From positions 1 to 48,498 of the forward strand of contig JBMYOQ010000022.1 in NCBI GenBank assembly GCA_049599475.1: DNA of 48,498 nucleotides, in the 5' to 3' direction. The stretch is from Opitutales bacterium. GTDB taxonomy: Bacteria > Verrucomicrobiota > Verrucomicrobiia > Opitutales > JABSRG01. Positions 36,350 to 46,867 of the stretch are shown one piece after another; within the stretch, counting starts at the first letter, position 1, and the number at the start of each line of letters is the position of its first letter. The notes below the pieces were generated by a model that did no database searches, was not told the DNA's origin, and saw only the letters and a program-made list of their open reading frames with translations. The position numbers and the translations under genes are program-made.

Positions 36350-37285
36350 ATGCCATTGCCTCTCAAAATTTTTACGCTGTTCGCAATCATCCTGAGCCTC
36401 TGCCTATTCGTCTATACAGGCATTCAAAGGAGTCAGGTCGAGGTCGTCAATGAAATTGCCATTGAGCATGATCCCATTGAGGCCAACCCAGTGATCCACC
36501 GGAAACACGAAGAACCTTCCGAAAACATTGCGGCGGAGACCGAGACCACAGAAAATAAAACCGATCTAGAGGCTCACTCCAAGGAAATTACAGTGCTTGA
36601 AACAGCCGAATCTGTGGACGAAAAAGTGCCCGACATTCTCCAGTCGAGCGCTCGCCCGCGCGGCCTTATTATCAGAGAATTTGTGCAAGCCGCCGCGAGC
36701 GACGAAGCATCCCGCGCGTTTGCAGAAAACGCCCTACCAGATATTAACGATTTCCTTGAGGGTGTTTTCGAAGAACGGGCAACGATCGACGAATCTGCAC
36801 CAAACTTGATGCTTGAGGACTTGATCCTCGACCGAGACGCCCATGTCCGCGTCTACTTTGTAAAGGAGGGAACCGTGTTCCACAATTCTTTGGGGCTGAA
36901 TGCTAAAGACGAACCCTACCTCATCTTCCCAGACGCGTCTTCCGCGCATTCTTATTATACCGACAAGGATACCCGAGCTGAGGAAACCCGCGAAGACATC
37001 CCTCTAATTCCCGGAGACTTCGTCGACCTGGGCCTTATGAACGAGGGCGACCTACTCGACTTTTTCCTCATCCATGACGGCGCAAATACCGACCGCCCCG
37101 ACGAAGAGACACCCATATTCTGGGCAGGAGAGGATCGAAATGCTGACAACACCAACCACGTGAAACTTCACGGAGTGTATGACGACAATACGCTCGTCAT
37201 AGGGTTCGAAGACATCCCAGGCGGCGGCGATCGCGATTACAACGATCTCGTGATTGCGGTAGAGATAACAGACCCCGGCGAGTAA
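36350..37285 (+). CDS. Membrane-anchored DUF4114-domain protein
   Basis: N-terminal TM, acidic linker, C-terminal IGFEDIPGGGDRDYNDLVIAV. Confidence 0.82.
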   Translation: MPLPLKIFTLFAIILSLCLFVYTGIQRSQVEVVNEIAIEHDPIEANPVIHRKHEEPSENIAAETETTENKTDLEAHSKEITVLETAESVDEKVPDILQSSARPRGLIIREFVQAAASDEASRAFAENALPDINDFLEGVFEERATIDESAPNLMLEDLILDRDAHVRVYFVKEGTVFHNSLGLNAKDEPYLIFPDASSAHSYYTDKDTRAEETREDIPLIPGDFVDLGLMNEGDLLDFFLIHDGANTDRPDEETPIFWAGEDRNADNTNHVKLHGVYDDNTLVIGFEDIPGGGDRDYNDLVIAVEITDPGE

Positions 37286-37361
37286 TCCACTCTCGGAAAA
37301 AATTGGGTAACACTGACTTGCTCCCTCAATAAGGGCTCGAAGTGTGCTCCGGAGCCCGACA

Positions 37362-37964
37362 ATGAAAACGATTTGCCGTTATATTATTATCGCGTTGGTT
37401 CTTACCCGATCCTCCTCAGCTATCTTAAACATATCGATCACAGCCCCGTCTACCGAATCTACGACTCTCGCACTATCGATAGACGGTTCGTTTGTCCCCA
37501 GCCAAGATATCACGGGGCCCGTAGATCTCATCTGGACAGATATTGGGGATCTCTTCGCGAGTAATCTCCAAGACGATTTTTTGCTAAGCAGCGCGATTTC
37601 CATAGAAGGTTCGTCTGGCACCAGCGGCTATTTCGAAGCGATCAATCTCGATTTCGATGGCGGTCTCGATAATGACGACTTTGCCCTGCGCCTCAGCTCG
37701 GACACTCTCTATGAAGGCCTGGCTTACTCTGTAAACGGATCAGCGACTTTCGATATTTCCAGCGCTTCGGCCACTTTTGAAAATATCTCTCAAGGCACAT
37801 ACACCCTGCCGAATCAGCCGTCTTTAGGCAGTGGCCATATTCTGCACATCAGCACAGCGCCCGTTCCAGAACCCACTTCGGCTATTTTCCTAGCCCTAGG
37901 AGCAGCCGCTGTCGTGGCGTGGCGACGCGCTTTTCCAAAAAGCCGGGAGCAATCTCCTGCCTAA
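37362..37964 (+). CDS. PEP-CTERM sorting-domain protein
   Basis: Signal peptide, Ser/Thr/Asp-rich body, VPEPTSAIFLALGAAAVVAWRR. Confidence 0.9.
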   Translation: MKTICRYIIIALVLTRSSSAILNISITAPSTESTTLALSIDGSFVPSQDITGPVDLIWTDIGDLFASNLQDDFLLSSAISIEGSSGTSGYFEAINLDFDGGLDNDDFALRLSSDTLYEGLAYSVNGSATFDISSASATFENISQGTYTLPNQPSLGSGHILHISTAPVPEPTSAIFLALGAAAVVAWRRAFPKSREQSPA

Positions 37965-37968
37965 GTGA

Positions 37969-39285
37969 CTACCCCCAGACCTCTAGATAATGGAGGCTAA
38001 ACAGGATCGCCATAATATAGGTGACGACAGACACCTCCTTGAATCGCCCCAAGGACATCTGAATACCAACATGGGTGATAAACCCTAAACCGATGCCCTC
38101 GCTAATGCTAAAAGTGAGCGGCATGGCGAGCATCGTCACAAAAGCCGGTGCCAACAGAGCAACATCATCCATGTCGATATGCTTAAATCCCTGCATCATA
38201 AACACGCCCACCATGATTAGAGCAGGCGCCGTAGCTTGAGGTGGAATAATAAGAATGATCGGAGTCGCGAACAGAGCCAAGAGGAAGCACGCCGCAACAG
38301 TAATCCCCGTGAGGCCCGTCCGCCCACCGGCTTCGACACCCGTAGCCGACTCGACGTAGGAGGTCGTGGTCGATGTTCCCAGCAGGGCACCCATGACTGT
38401 TGCACTCGCGTCCGCGGTCAGGGCATTTCCGATTTTGGGAAGATTACCATTTTCATCGAGCAGATCCGCACGGCGCGAAACTCCGATGAGCGTCCCGATC
38501 GTATCAAACAGATCGACAAACAGGAGCGAAAGGATCAGCGGATAAATCTCGCCAAAGTTTTGAAGCGGGTAAAGGAGGTTCAGTTTAAAGAAAGTATCAC
38601 CGATTCCCGCGGGGGCTGAGAGGATACCGTCGGGCATCGCTGCGAAGCTCGCTTCACCCGGTAATAAAACACCCACCGCGGTGATTGAGAGAATCGCTAT
38701 AATGATCGCGCCAGGGACTTTTTTGATAATTAGAAAAGCCGCCAGTATCAGGCCGAGTATCGTCGCCACCGCGCTCGCTTTCGAAAGATCCCCAATCTGC
38801 ACAAAGGTCGCGGGGTTGTCTACAATCAGCCCCGCATTCTTCAATCCGATAAATGCAATGAATAAACCAATACCACATTGCACTCCCACTCTCAGATTGG
38901 GCGGGATCGATTCGGCGATTTTCGCACGCACCCCGGTCACCGATAGCAAAAGGAAAAACAAACCATTCCAAAAAACCAGAGCCAAGGCATCGGTTGGTGC
39001 AACCCCAGCCCCCAACACGATGGTATACGCGAAATAAGCATTTAAACCCATACCAGGCGCGAGCGCTATCGGGTAGTTGGTGAGAGCCGCCATAATCAAG
39101 GTACCAATCGCGCCAGCGACAGCAGTCACCGTAATCATTGCGCCACGGTCCATACCCGCATCGCCCAAAATTCCTGGGTTCACTGCCAAGATATAGGACA
39201 TGGCCGCGAAAGTCGTAATTCCGGCAATTATTTCGGTGCGCACATTCGTCTTGTGCGCTGAAAGTTTGAAGAGCTTTTCGAGCAT
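37969..39285 (-). CDS. NCS2/AzgA-type purine permease (PbuG-like)
   Basis: EIIAGITTFAAMSYILAVNP, LAPGMGLNAYF, FDTIGTL, TSYVESATGVEAGGRTGLT, MPLTFSISEG. Confidence 0.93.
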   Translation of the reverse strand: MLEKLFKLSAHKTNVRTEIIAGITTFAAMSYILAVNPGILGDAGMDRGAMITVTAVAGAIGTLIMAALTNYPIALAPGMGLNAYFAYTIVLGAGVAPTDALALVFWNGLFFLLLSVTGVRAKIAESIPPNLRVGVQCGIGLFIAFIGLKNAGLIVDNPATFVQIGDLSKASAVATILGLILAAFLIIKKVPGAIIIAILSITAVGVLLPGEASFAAMPDGILSAPAGIGDTFFKLNLLYPLQNFGEIYPLILSLLFVDLFDTIGTLIGVSRRADLLDENGNLPKIGNALTADASATVMGALLGTSTTTSYVESATGVEAGGRTGLTGITVAACFLLALFATPIILIIPPQATAPALIMVGVFMMQGFKHIDMDDVALLAPAFVTMLAMPLTFSISEGIGLGFITHVGIQMSLGRFKEVSVVTYIMAILFSLHYLEVWG

Positions 39286-39313
39286 AACGAGGTTTTAGAA
39301 AGGATATTCTAGG

Positions 39314-39329
39314 AGCAAATGGAGTACCG
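39314..39329 (-). promoter_or_regulatory. Putative sigma54 (-24/-12) promoter of the purine permease
   Basis: Minus strand CGGTAC-TCCAT-TTGCT: GG-N10-GC spacing, close to TGGCAC-N5-TTGCW, about 30 nt upstream of the ATG. Confidence 0.55.
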
Positions 39330-39472
39330 TTCGCAACACACAAAAAAAACGCATTTTTTCTGAAGAAAAATCGCAAAATCACTGAACGTTTCGCCCCGCT
39401 CTCCGACTAATATAAATATACGCAATTGAATTGCAGTATTGTTTCAGTCTAGTTTGTAGTTTGTTTAGCAAG

Positions 39473-39507
39473 AGCAGCTCGGGGTGCAGCCCGAGCTGCT
39501 TTTTTTT
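39473..39507 (+). terminator. Strong Rho-independent terminator with no upstream + strand gene
   Basis: AGCAGCTCGGG-GTGCAG-CCCGAGCTGCT perfect 11-bp stem running into a T8 tract. Confidence 0.85.
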
Positions 39508-39560
39508 GGCTGCTTTTGCCCCCTTGACGCAATCGAACAGGAAGCTCATATACTTTCCGG

Positions 39561-40766
39561 ATGCCAAGCCATGAAGACATCCCTCAAGGATCCGATCCCA
39601 TCGAACCTTGGGTGCAGATAAAGTATTTCAATTTTTCTCAGACGATCTATCCAAACATGCTCCACGCGACGTCGAAGGGTATCACCCCGGGCAGCTTGGT
39701 AAATGTATATGATCCCAATGGTGATTTTTTTGGCACCGGCTTTTTCAATGAGTCTGCGCGCATGCCCTTGCGCGTCGTTCACCACGGGAGCTACCCCATC
39801 GGCGAGATAGATTTGGATAAACGCGTCGAGGCCTGCGCTCGTTTTCGCACAGAGACACTCGGACTCGATTCAGTGACCGACGCCTATCGCGTGATCCATG
39901 GAAATGGCGACAACCTCAGCGGGCTCATCGTGGATCGTTATGGTGACACCCTGGTAGCCCACGTCAGCAGCCTCCCCGTGCAACAACGTCTAACGAAATG
40001 GCTCGGAATCCTACACGAAATCCTAGGCACCCAGCACACCCATGTTGAGATTGATAGCTCAGCACCGCGCGAAGAAGGGCTCAAGCCCAGCAAACAAACA
40101 GTACGCAACAAAATTAAAATTACCGAAAACGGAGTAAAGTTTGAGGTGGATTTCTCTGAAGGCCACAAAACCGGTTTCTTCTGCGACCAGCGAGAAAATC
40201 GAAAACGCCTCACCGCATACACCGAGGGCAAACGCGTCTTAGATCTATGCTGCTACACGGGGGGCTTCTCAGTCTACGCCGCGACCCTGGGAAATGCAGC
40301 CAGTGTAACCGGCGTAGACCTTGACGAAAAAGCAATCGCCCAAGCCAAACGCAACGCGAACATGAATCAGATTTCGCCGAAGCTCCTGAAATTTACCCAC
40401 GCCGACGCATTCTCCTACACCCGCCAAATGCAACGCAACGGCGAGCAGTTTGATATCGTAATCGCGGACCCTCCAAAATTCGTTGCCACCCGCCACGGAG
40501 AAGATGCCGAACGCGGACGCCGACGCTACAATGACATCAACCAACTCGCCTCTTCCCTAGTAGCTCCCGGCGGCATGCTCGTGACTTTTTCTTGCTCAGG
40601 CCTTCTGCCCGTCCCCGAGTTCGAAAAAATCGTCATCGGCGCAGCTCACAAATCGAAGAAGAAACTACAAGTTTTTGAATACACTGGCCCGGGTCGCGAC
40701 CATCCAGCCTTCTCAAACGCCCCCGAAAGCCGCTACCTCAAAGCGATCTGGGCTCGGGTTCTATAA
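39561..40766 (+). CDS. rlmI: RlmI-family rRNA SAM-dependent methyltransferase
   Basis: YRVIHGNGD.LSGLIVDRY, GHKTGFFCDQRENR, VLDLCCYTGGFS, FDIVIADPPKF, TFSCS, DHP...PESRYLK. Confidence 0.85.
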   Translation: MPSHEDIPQGSDPIEPWVQIKYFNFSQTIYPNMLHATSKGITPGSLVNVYDPNGDFFGTGFFNESARMPLRVVHHGSYPIGEIDLDKRVEACARFRTETLGLDSVTDAYRVIHGNGDNLSGLIVDRYGDTLVAHVSSLPVQQRLTKWLGILHEILGTQHTHVEIDSSAPREEGLKPSKQTVRNKIKITENGVKFEVDFSEGHKTGFFCDQRENRKRLTAYTEGKRVLDLCCYTGGFSVYAATLGNAASVTGVDLDEKAIAQAKRNANMNQISPKLLKFTHADAFSYTRQMQRNGEQFDIVIADPPKFVATRHGEDAERGRRRYNDINQLASSLVAPGGMLVTFSCSGLLPVPEFEKIVIGAAHKSKKKLQVFEYTGPGRDHPAFSNAPESRYLKAIWARVL

Positions 40767-40774
40767 ACAAGAAC

Positions 40775-41035
40775 ATGCACCTGTGGATTCTAGGAATTCT
40801 CTTTATAGCGATGGGGCTCATCCCAACCCTGGTAAATGGCTCCACCTTCCTTAGGGGAATCCTCGAAAAAGAAAACGGCTCAATCATACCCATCTTCGGG
40901 GGAGTTACCCTGAGCATCGGTTTGCTAATTATTCCTGTCGAAGGTCTAAAACCCTGGGCATGGATTCCCCTGGTTTTGGATTTCGGGTGTTTGCCGAGTC
41001 TCGTGATGCTCCTAATTTCCAAGAAAAAAGAGTAA
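40775..41035 (+). CDS. Small multi-TM hypothetical protein
   Basis: 86 aa, 2-3 hydrophobic segments, 8 nt downstream of rlmI. Confidence 0.7.
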   Translation: MHLWILGILFIAMGLIPTLVNGSTFLRGILEKENGSIIPIFGGVTLSIGLLIIPVEGLKPWAWIPLVLDFGCLPSLVMLLISKKKE

Positions 41036-41222
41036 GAAAACGATCCACCTGAAGGATTCACAAGCAGACCTCCAAGTTTGCATCACCTTCCACTGCTTCT
41101 CCACGTCAAACTCTTCGCCACACGAGTAACAATCCTTCCTGAGTGATAAAAGGCTCCGAATTGGCAGAAATACGGCTGCTAGCAACCTTTTAACAAACGA
41201 TTAAACTGCCATCAAAGTTCAG

Positions 41223-43163
41223 ATGCCCAGTCCCATTAGATTCGCCTCTCTTTTTTCACTTTGCGCTTTAGCGCCGTGTTTGCTACTCGGGCAAAAACCA
41301 GGCCTCGAGCCAGAACGCTTGTTGAAGCCCAAGATGGTAAGTAACGTCTCGATGGCGCCCGATGGAAAACACATTTCCTACACCGCCGATATCGAGAATG
41401 AAAAACACATCATAATTTTAGATGAGGAGCTGAAGCCTTTTAAACTATCGGCTGGTTTCCAAAAAGAATTGGAACGATCCATTTGGGTCAATGACCACAT
41501 TCTCTACATCAATGTCGCAGCGCTTAAGCGAAGCAGTTTCTCAAATCGGCGGGCAAACGCCTTTATGCGATATGATTTGAACACCCCCAAGAAAGGACTC
41601 AAGGAAATCCTGAGCAGCGAGTTTAGCTACGGTGGTTATGTGATTCCTATTCCGGACGCTAACAAAACAGCTCTGATTTCGCGCCCCTATTACAACCTAA
41701 AGTGGTATGACAGTGTACCGTTCGTCATTGATGCGGACTCAACCAAGACACGGCGTCCTAACGTTGGGAGACCCGATAAGATGCAGTCTTGGGTATTTGA
41801 TAATACCGCTAGTCCAAGAATCGGATTGCCGAGATTCATCAACGAAGGTCAGGTATGGATTGAAGGAGAAGAAGGCTGGTCTATACAAGCATTCCCGAGG
41901 GAGGTTACACCGATCTGGTACAACTCTAAAACTTCGATCATTGCGATCGACAATAGCCCCTCGAACAGAAACCGAATCATCGAGTATGATTTCCAATCCA
42001 AGAAAACCTCAAAAATCATCCTCGAAGATGAGACACTGGATCTCGGAGCCCGTTCTCCATTCCATTTAACGGTCCAAACGTACAGCGATGTTTACTCGCC
42101 TAAAGATGGCACCGTCGTAGCAATATGGGCTCCTAATACTTACAATAATGGACAGGCGATCATTCACCCGAAATGGAGAAAGATAGCTAATTTTGTAAAA
42201 TCACAAACAAAGAGCGATTACATCGAAATAGTTTCTGTATCGAATGACGGAAACAAATCACTTTTCCGGACATCTGGCCCCACAGATCCAACGTCTTACT
42301 ACGTTCTAAACCTAAAGAATAAAACTCTAGACTACCTGATTTCCGAGCGAGAATGGCTTGTCGAAGATGCTCTCACCAAACCCAAGGATCTCGAAATTCC
42401 AGTCGCCGAAATTGGTCTCAATCTGCGAGGTAAATTCTACATAAATTCGGATTCAAGCCCTACGCTACTTTTAACAGATGTAAGCTGGTGGGGCATCTCG
42501 ACCCCAATCAGCCACGGATACTCTTCAAGAATTCAGTATTTTGTGAGCCAGGGTTACAATGTAGTCCAACTGTCACTGCCCGGGGCTATAGGGTATGGGA
42601 AAGCATACTATGATGGAGGAAAATTCGGTATTACCGGAGACCACATCGTTGCAATGAAAGCCGCAGGAAACTACCTAAAAGATCAGGAGCTTTCCAAAGG
42701 TGCTCCATTGATTCTTTATAGCAGTGGAACATCAAGTATTTCCGCAGCGAAACTCCTTGGAACTAGTGACCACTCGTTCGACGCGTGGATCTCAGGCGAT
42801 GCGCTTTACAGCTGGCCAGAACGCGAGACGAAAGGATATTACCGCCTCCGATGGGGCTCAAACTTGGGATACTTAGTCAAAGACTTGATAGGAGATCCTT
42901 ACATTGAGAATTCAAACTTTCACAAAACTCAGTGCTTAAATGAGCTCCCCGATGTAAACGTACCCACAGCGTTTTATGAGGACGAAGAGTATGAGGAACA
43001 CTTAAGTTCGGCAAAAGAAGGAATCCGCAAGGCTGCCATCCCATCCAAAATCAAATTATTTGAGACCGATACCAACGATTTTGAAACCGTCGAAGACACC
43101 AAGGCGTATTACGAAGAAATTGTGAGCCTCCTGAACTGGCTCGTTTCGCAGAGCAAATCCTAG
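41223..43163 (+). CDS. Secreted S9 (prolyl oligopeptidase) family homolog with degenerate catalytic motifs
   Basis: Signal peptide; SMAPDGKHISY propeller start; SGPTDPTSYY; QYFVSQGYNVVQLSLPGAIGYGKAYYDGG hydrolase-domain motif. Confidence 0.75.
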   Translation: MPSPIRFASLFSLCALAPCLLLGQKPGLEPERLLKPKMVSNVSMAPDGKHISYTADIENEKHIIILDEELKPFKLSAGFQKELERSIWVNDHILYINVAALKRSSFSNRRANAFMRYDLNTPKKGLKEILSSEFSYGGYVIPIPDANKTALISRPYYNLKWYDSVPFVIDADSTKTRRPNVGRPDKMQSWVFDNTASPRIGLPRFINEGQVWIEGEEGWSIQAFPREVTPIWYNSKTSIIAIDNSPSNRNRIIEYDFQSKKTSKIILEDETLDLGARSPFHLTVQTYSDVYSPKDGTVVAIWAPNTYNNGQAIIHPKWRKIANFVKSQTKSDYIEIVSVSNDGNKSLFRTSGPTDPTSYYVLNLKNKTLDYLISEREWLVEDALTKPKDLEIPVAEIGLNLRGKFYINSDSSPTLLLTDVSWWGISTPISHGYSSRIQYFVSQGYNVVQLSLPGAIGYGKAYYDGGKFGITGDHIVAMKAAGNYLKDQELSKGAPLILYSSGTSSISAAKLLGTSDHSFDAWISGDALYSWPERETKGYYRLRWGSNLGYLVKDLIGDPYIENSNFHKTQCLNELPDVNVPTAFYEDEEYEEHLSSAKEGIRKAAIPSKIKLFETDTNDFETVEDTKAYYEEIVSLLNWLVSQSKS

Positions 43164-43176
43164 GAACTAGACTGGG

Positions 43177-43554
43177 TCAGCTCTCAGCGACGTGCTCTTG
43201 CAGGGCTTCTAGGTCGCTGAATTCGAGTGCGGCCTCCGCGGTCGCCTCGAGGACTACCTTAGGGGCGCACCCTGCTTCGAATGCTTGCTGCCACCGGGCG
43301 GCACAGAGACACCATTGATCTCCAGGTTTCAAGCCTGGGAATCCGTATTCAGGCATCGGTGTGCTGAGATCGTTTCCGACTGATTTGGAGAATTCCAAGA
43401 AGCGCGCGTCTACTTTAGCACAGACCACGTGAACCCCATAATCGTCGCCGGCAGTCCGGCAACAGCCATCTCGAAAGTAGCCAGTCAACGGATCGTGACT
43501 ACAATCCTGGAGCGGAGTACCCAGGACATTCCGGCGCTTGATATTCTGACTCAT
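43177..43554 (-). CDS. DUF2237-family protein
   Basis: NVLG.PL..CS.DPLTGYFRDGCC, GNDLSTP.PEYGFPGLKPGD.WCLCA.RW. Confidence 0.92.
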   Translation of the reverse strand: MSQNIKRRNVLGTPLQDCSHDPLTGYFRDGCCRTAGDDYGVHVVCAKVDARFLEFSKSVGNDLSTPMPEYGFPGLKPGDQWCLCAARWQQAFEAGCAPKVVLEATAEAALEFSDLEALQEHVAES

Positions 43555-43579
43555 CTTTAAATTGAACAGGTGTGACACT

Positions 43580-43606
43580 AAAAGAGCCTGCGTTTCCGCA
43601 GACCCT
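43580..43606 (-). terminator. Probable terminator after rng
   Basis: Minus strand AGGGTCTGCG-GAAA-CGCAGGCTCT followed by a short T run. Confidence 0.6.
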
Positions 43607-43614
43607 GAGAATCT

Positions 43615-45387
<1,773 letters not shown>

Positions 45388-45460
45388 GTTGCTCCATGTG
45401 GTTGTTTAGGAGCCCTTTCATCTTCAACTGCTGTCATGATTCTACCTCCCTCAAGATTGA

Positions 45461-46741
45461 TCATGTATAGTCCCTCCTATGTCTATAGACACTTTGGATA
45501 ATACCTTGTAGGACGCAGCAGCTTAAAACGAAAGAGCCTCCATAGCTCAAAAAAGGAAGGGGAAGCCCGGTGATCGGCGCGAGACCGACCGTCATCCCCA
45601 CATTAATAAATAGATGTACTAAAAATAAGACACTCACCCCGACACACAAGAGCATGCCGAAATGATCGCGGGCGACAGATGCCACGCGAAAGCCGTTTGC
45701 GATGAGAATTCCAAATAAAGCCAGAATGCCGAGCCCTCCAAGAAACCCGGCTTCCTCGCCAATTACGGAAAAAATGAAGTCGTTGTGAGCGACAGATTTG
45801 GGCAGATAGCCCAGTCGTGCTTGAGTTCCCTCAAGCCAGCCTTTCCCGAAGAGCCCTCCCGTGCCGACCGTGATGAACGATTGGCGCGCGTTGTAGGTGA
45901 TGTCTACCCCGCGGGGGTCTGCGAGATCAGGGGCAAAAAAGGCCAGAAGCCGATTCCTCTGATAGTCATGAAGGGGGAACCAAGATTGATCCTCGTAGCG
46001 CTCCCCTTCTTCCAATTTTACGTCCGCGGTGATCCCCTTCTCGGACAAAAAGTTATGATAACGGTAAATATCAAATCCAACAATCGACACTAAGATCAAA
46101 CACGCCGCAAAGGTCCCAACGAAAAAACGCTGACTGAGGTTAGAGACATATAAGAGTGAAAAAACCATTGGAGGGATAACCAGTGTGCTTCCCAAATCTG
46201 GCTGTTCCAAAATGAGAGCAGCTGGGATGCAAACAACTAAACCCGTCTTTGCCAACACTTTAAGTGAGTTGCGAATTCCTTGAAATTTAGAGCGAGACAA
46301 AATACTCGAGACCATCACAAGAGTCGCCAGCTTCGCCGCCTCAGAAGGCTGATAATTGGTGATGCCAAGATTGATCCACCGACGCGCCCCCATCTCGGTG
46401 ACCCCCAGAGGCGTCTTTACCAGCGCCAGAAGCACGATACCGCCGATAAAAATCCAATGCGCCTTCGAGAGCAAAATTCTGTAATCAGTCAACGCGATGA
46501 CCGAATAGACAGAAAATCCAAAAAACACCCAGAATATTTGCCGTTTCCAAGAGCCTCCACCATAAGAAAACTGAGCAGAATAAATAAAAAAGCAGCCGAC
46601 AACGAGCAGGATCAACATACACAGCGGAGACACCCAATCGAAGTTGAGAACGGATTCTCGCTTAAAAAAGCGTTGATACTGTTTGTCAAAAACCGTTGAC
46701 CGCACGGCACTTATGCCGCCAGAGCTAGGCACAGAGATCAA
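45461..46741 (-). CDS. rodA: SEDS peptidoglycan glycosyltransferase RodA
   Basis: GARRWI, QPSE.AK, EQPDLG, HNDFIFSVIGEE.GF, PITGLPLPFLSYGGS; upstream of rng. Confidence 0.9.
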   Translation of the reverse strand: MISVPSSGGISAVRSTVFDKQYQRFFKRESVLNFDWVSPLCMLILLVVGCFFIYSAQFSYGGGSWKRQIFWVFFGFSVYSVIALTDYRILLSKAHWIFIGGIVLLALVKTPLGVTEMGARRWINLGITNYQPSEAAKLATLVMVSSILSRSKFQGIRNSLKVLAKTGLVVCIPAALILEQPDLGSTLVIPPMVFSLLYVSNLSQRFFVGTFAACLILVSIVGFDIYRYHNFLSEKGITADVKLEEGERYEDQSWFPLHDYQRNRLLAFFAPDLADPRGVDITYNARQSFITVGTGGLFGKGWLEGTQARLGYLPKSVAHNDFIFSVIGEEAGFLGGLGILALFGILIANGFRVASVARDHFGMLLCVGVSVLFLVHLFINVGMTVGLAPITGLPLPFLSYGGSFVLSCCVLQGIIQSVYRHRRDYT

Positions 46742-46867
46742 TCTTTTCCTTGAAGATTGAGACTCTATTTCACATGTTCCCTAAAATCTCTCAATTTTGG
46801 GATGTTTTTGGCGTATCCCTGGGTGAAAATCTGAGTAGCCCACATCATCTCAATTGCTCCTTCCTTT

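Noticed and set aside
38654..39382. 242-aa Arg/Cys/Trp-rich ORF
   Set aside because: Same-strand alternative frame of the NCS2 permease.
39420..39435. + strand sigma54 promoter for the candidate sRNA (ACGCAATTGAATTGCA)
   Set aside because: It has the -12 TTGC but CG in place of the invariant -24 GG; not supportable.
39286..39470. Purine riboswitch upstream of the purine permease
   Set aside because: No purine aptamer core found; a sigma54-like promoter sits close to the start.
46742..46867. 6S RNA upstream of rny
   Set aside because: The gap is only 126 bp, AT-rich, and has no long rod-like pairing.
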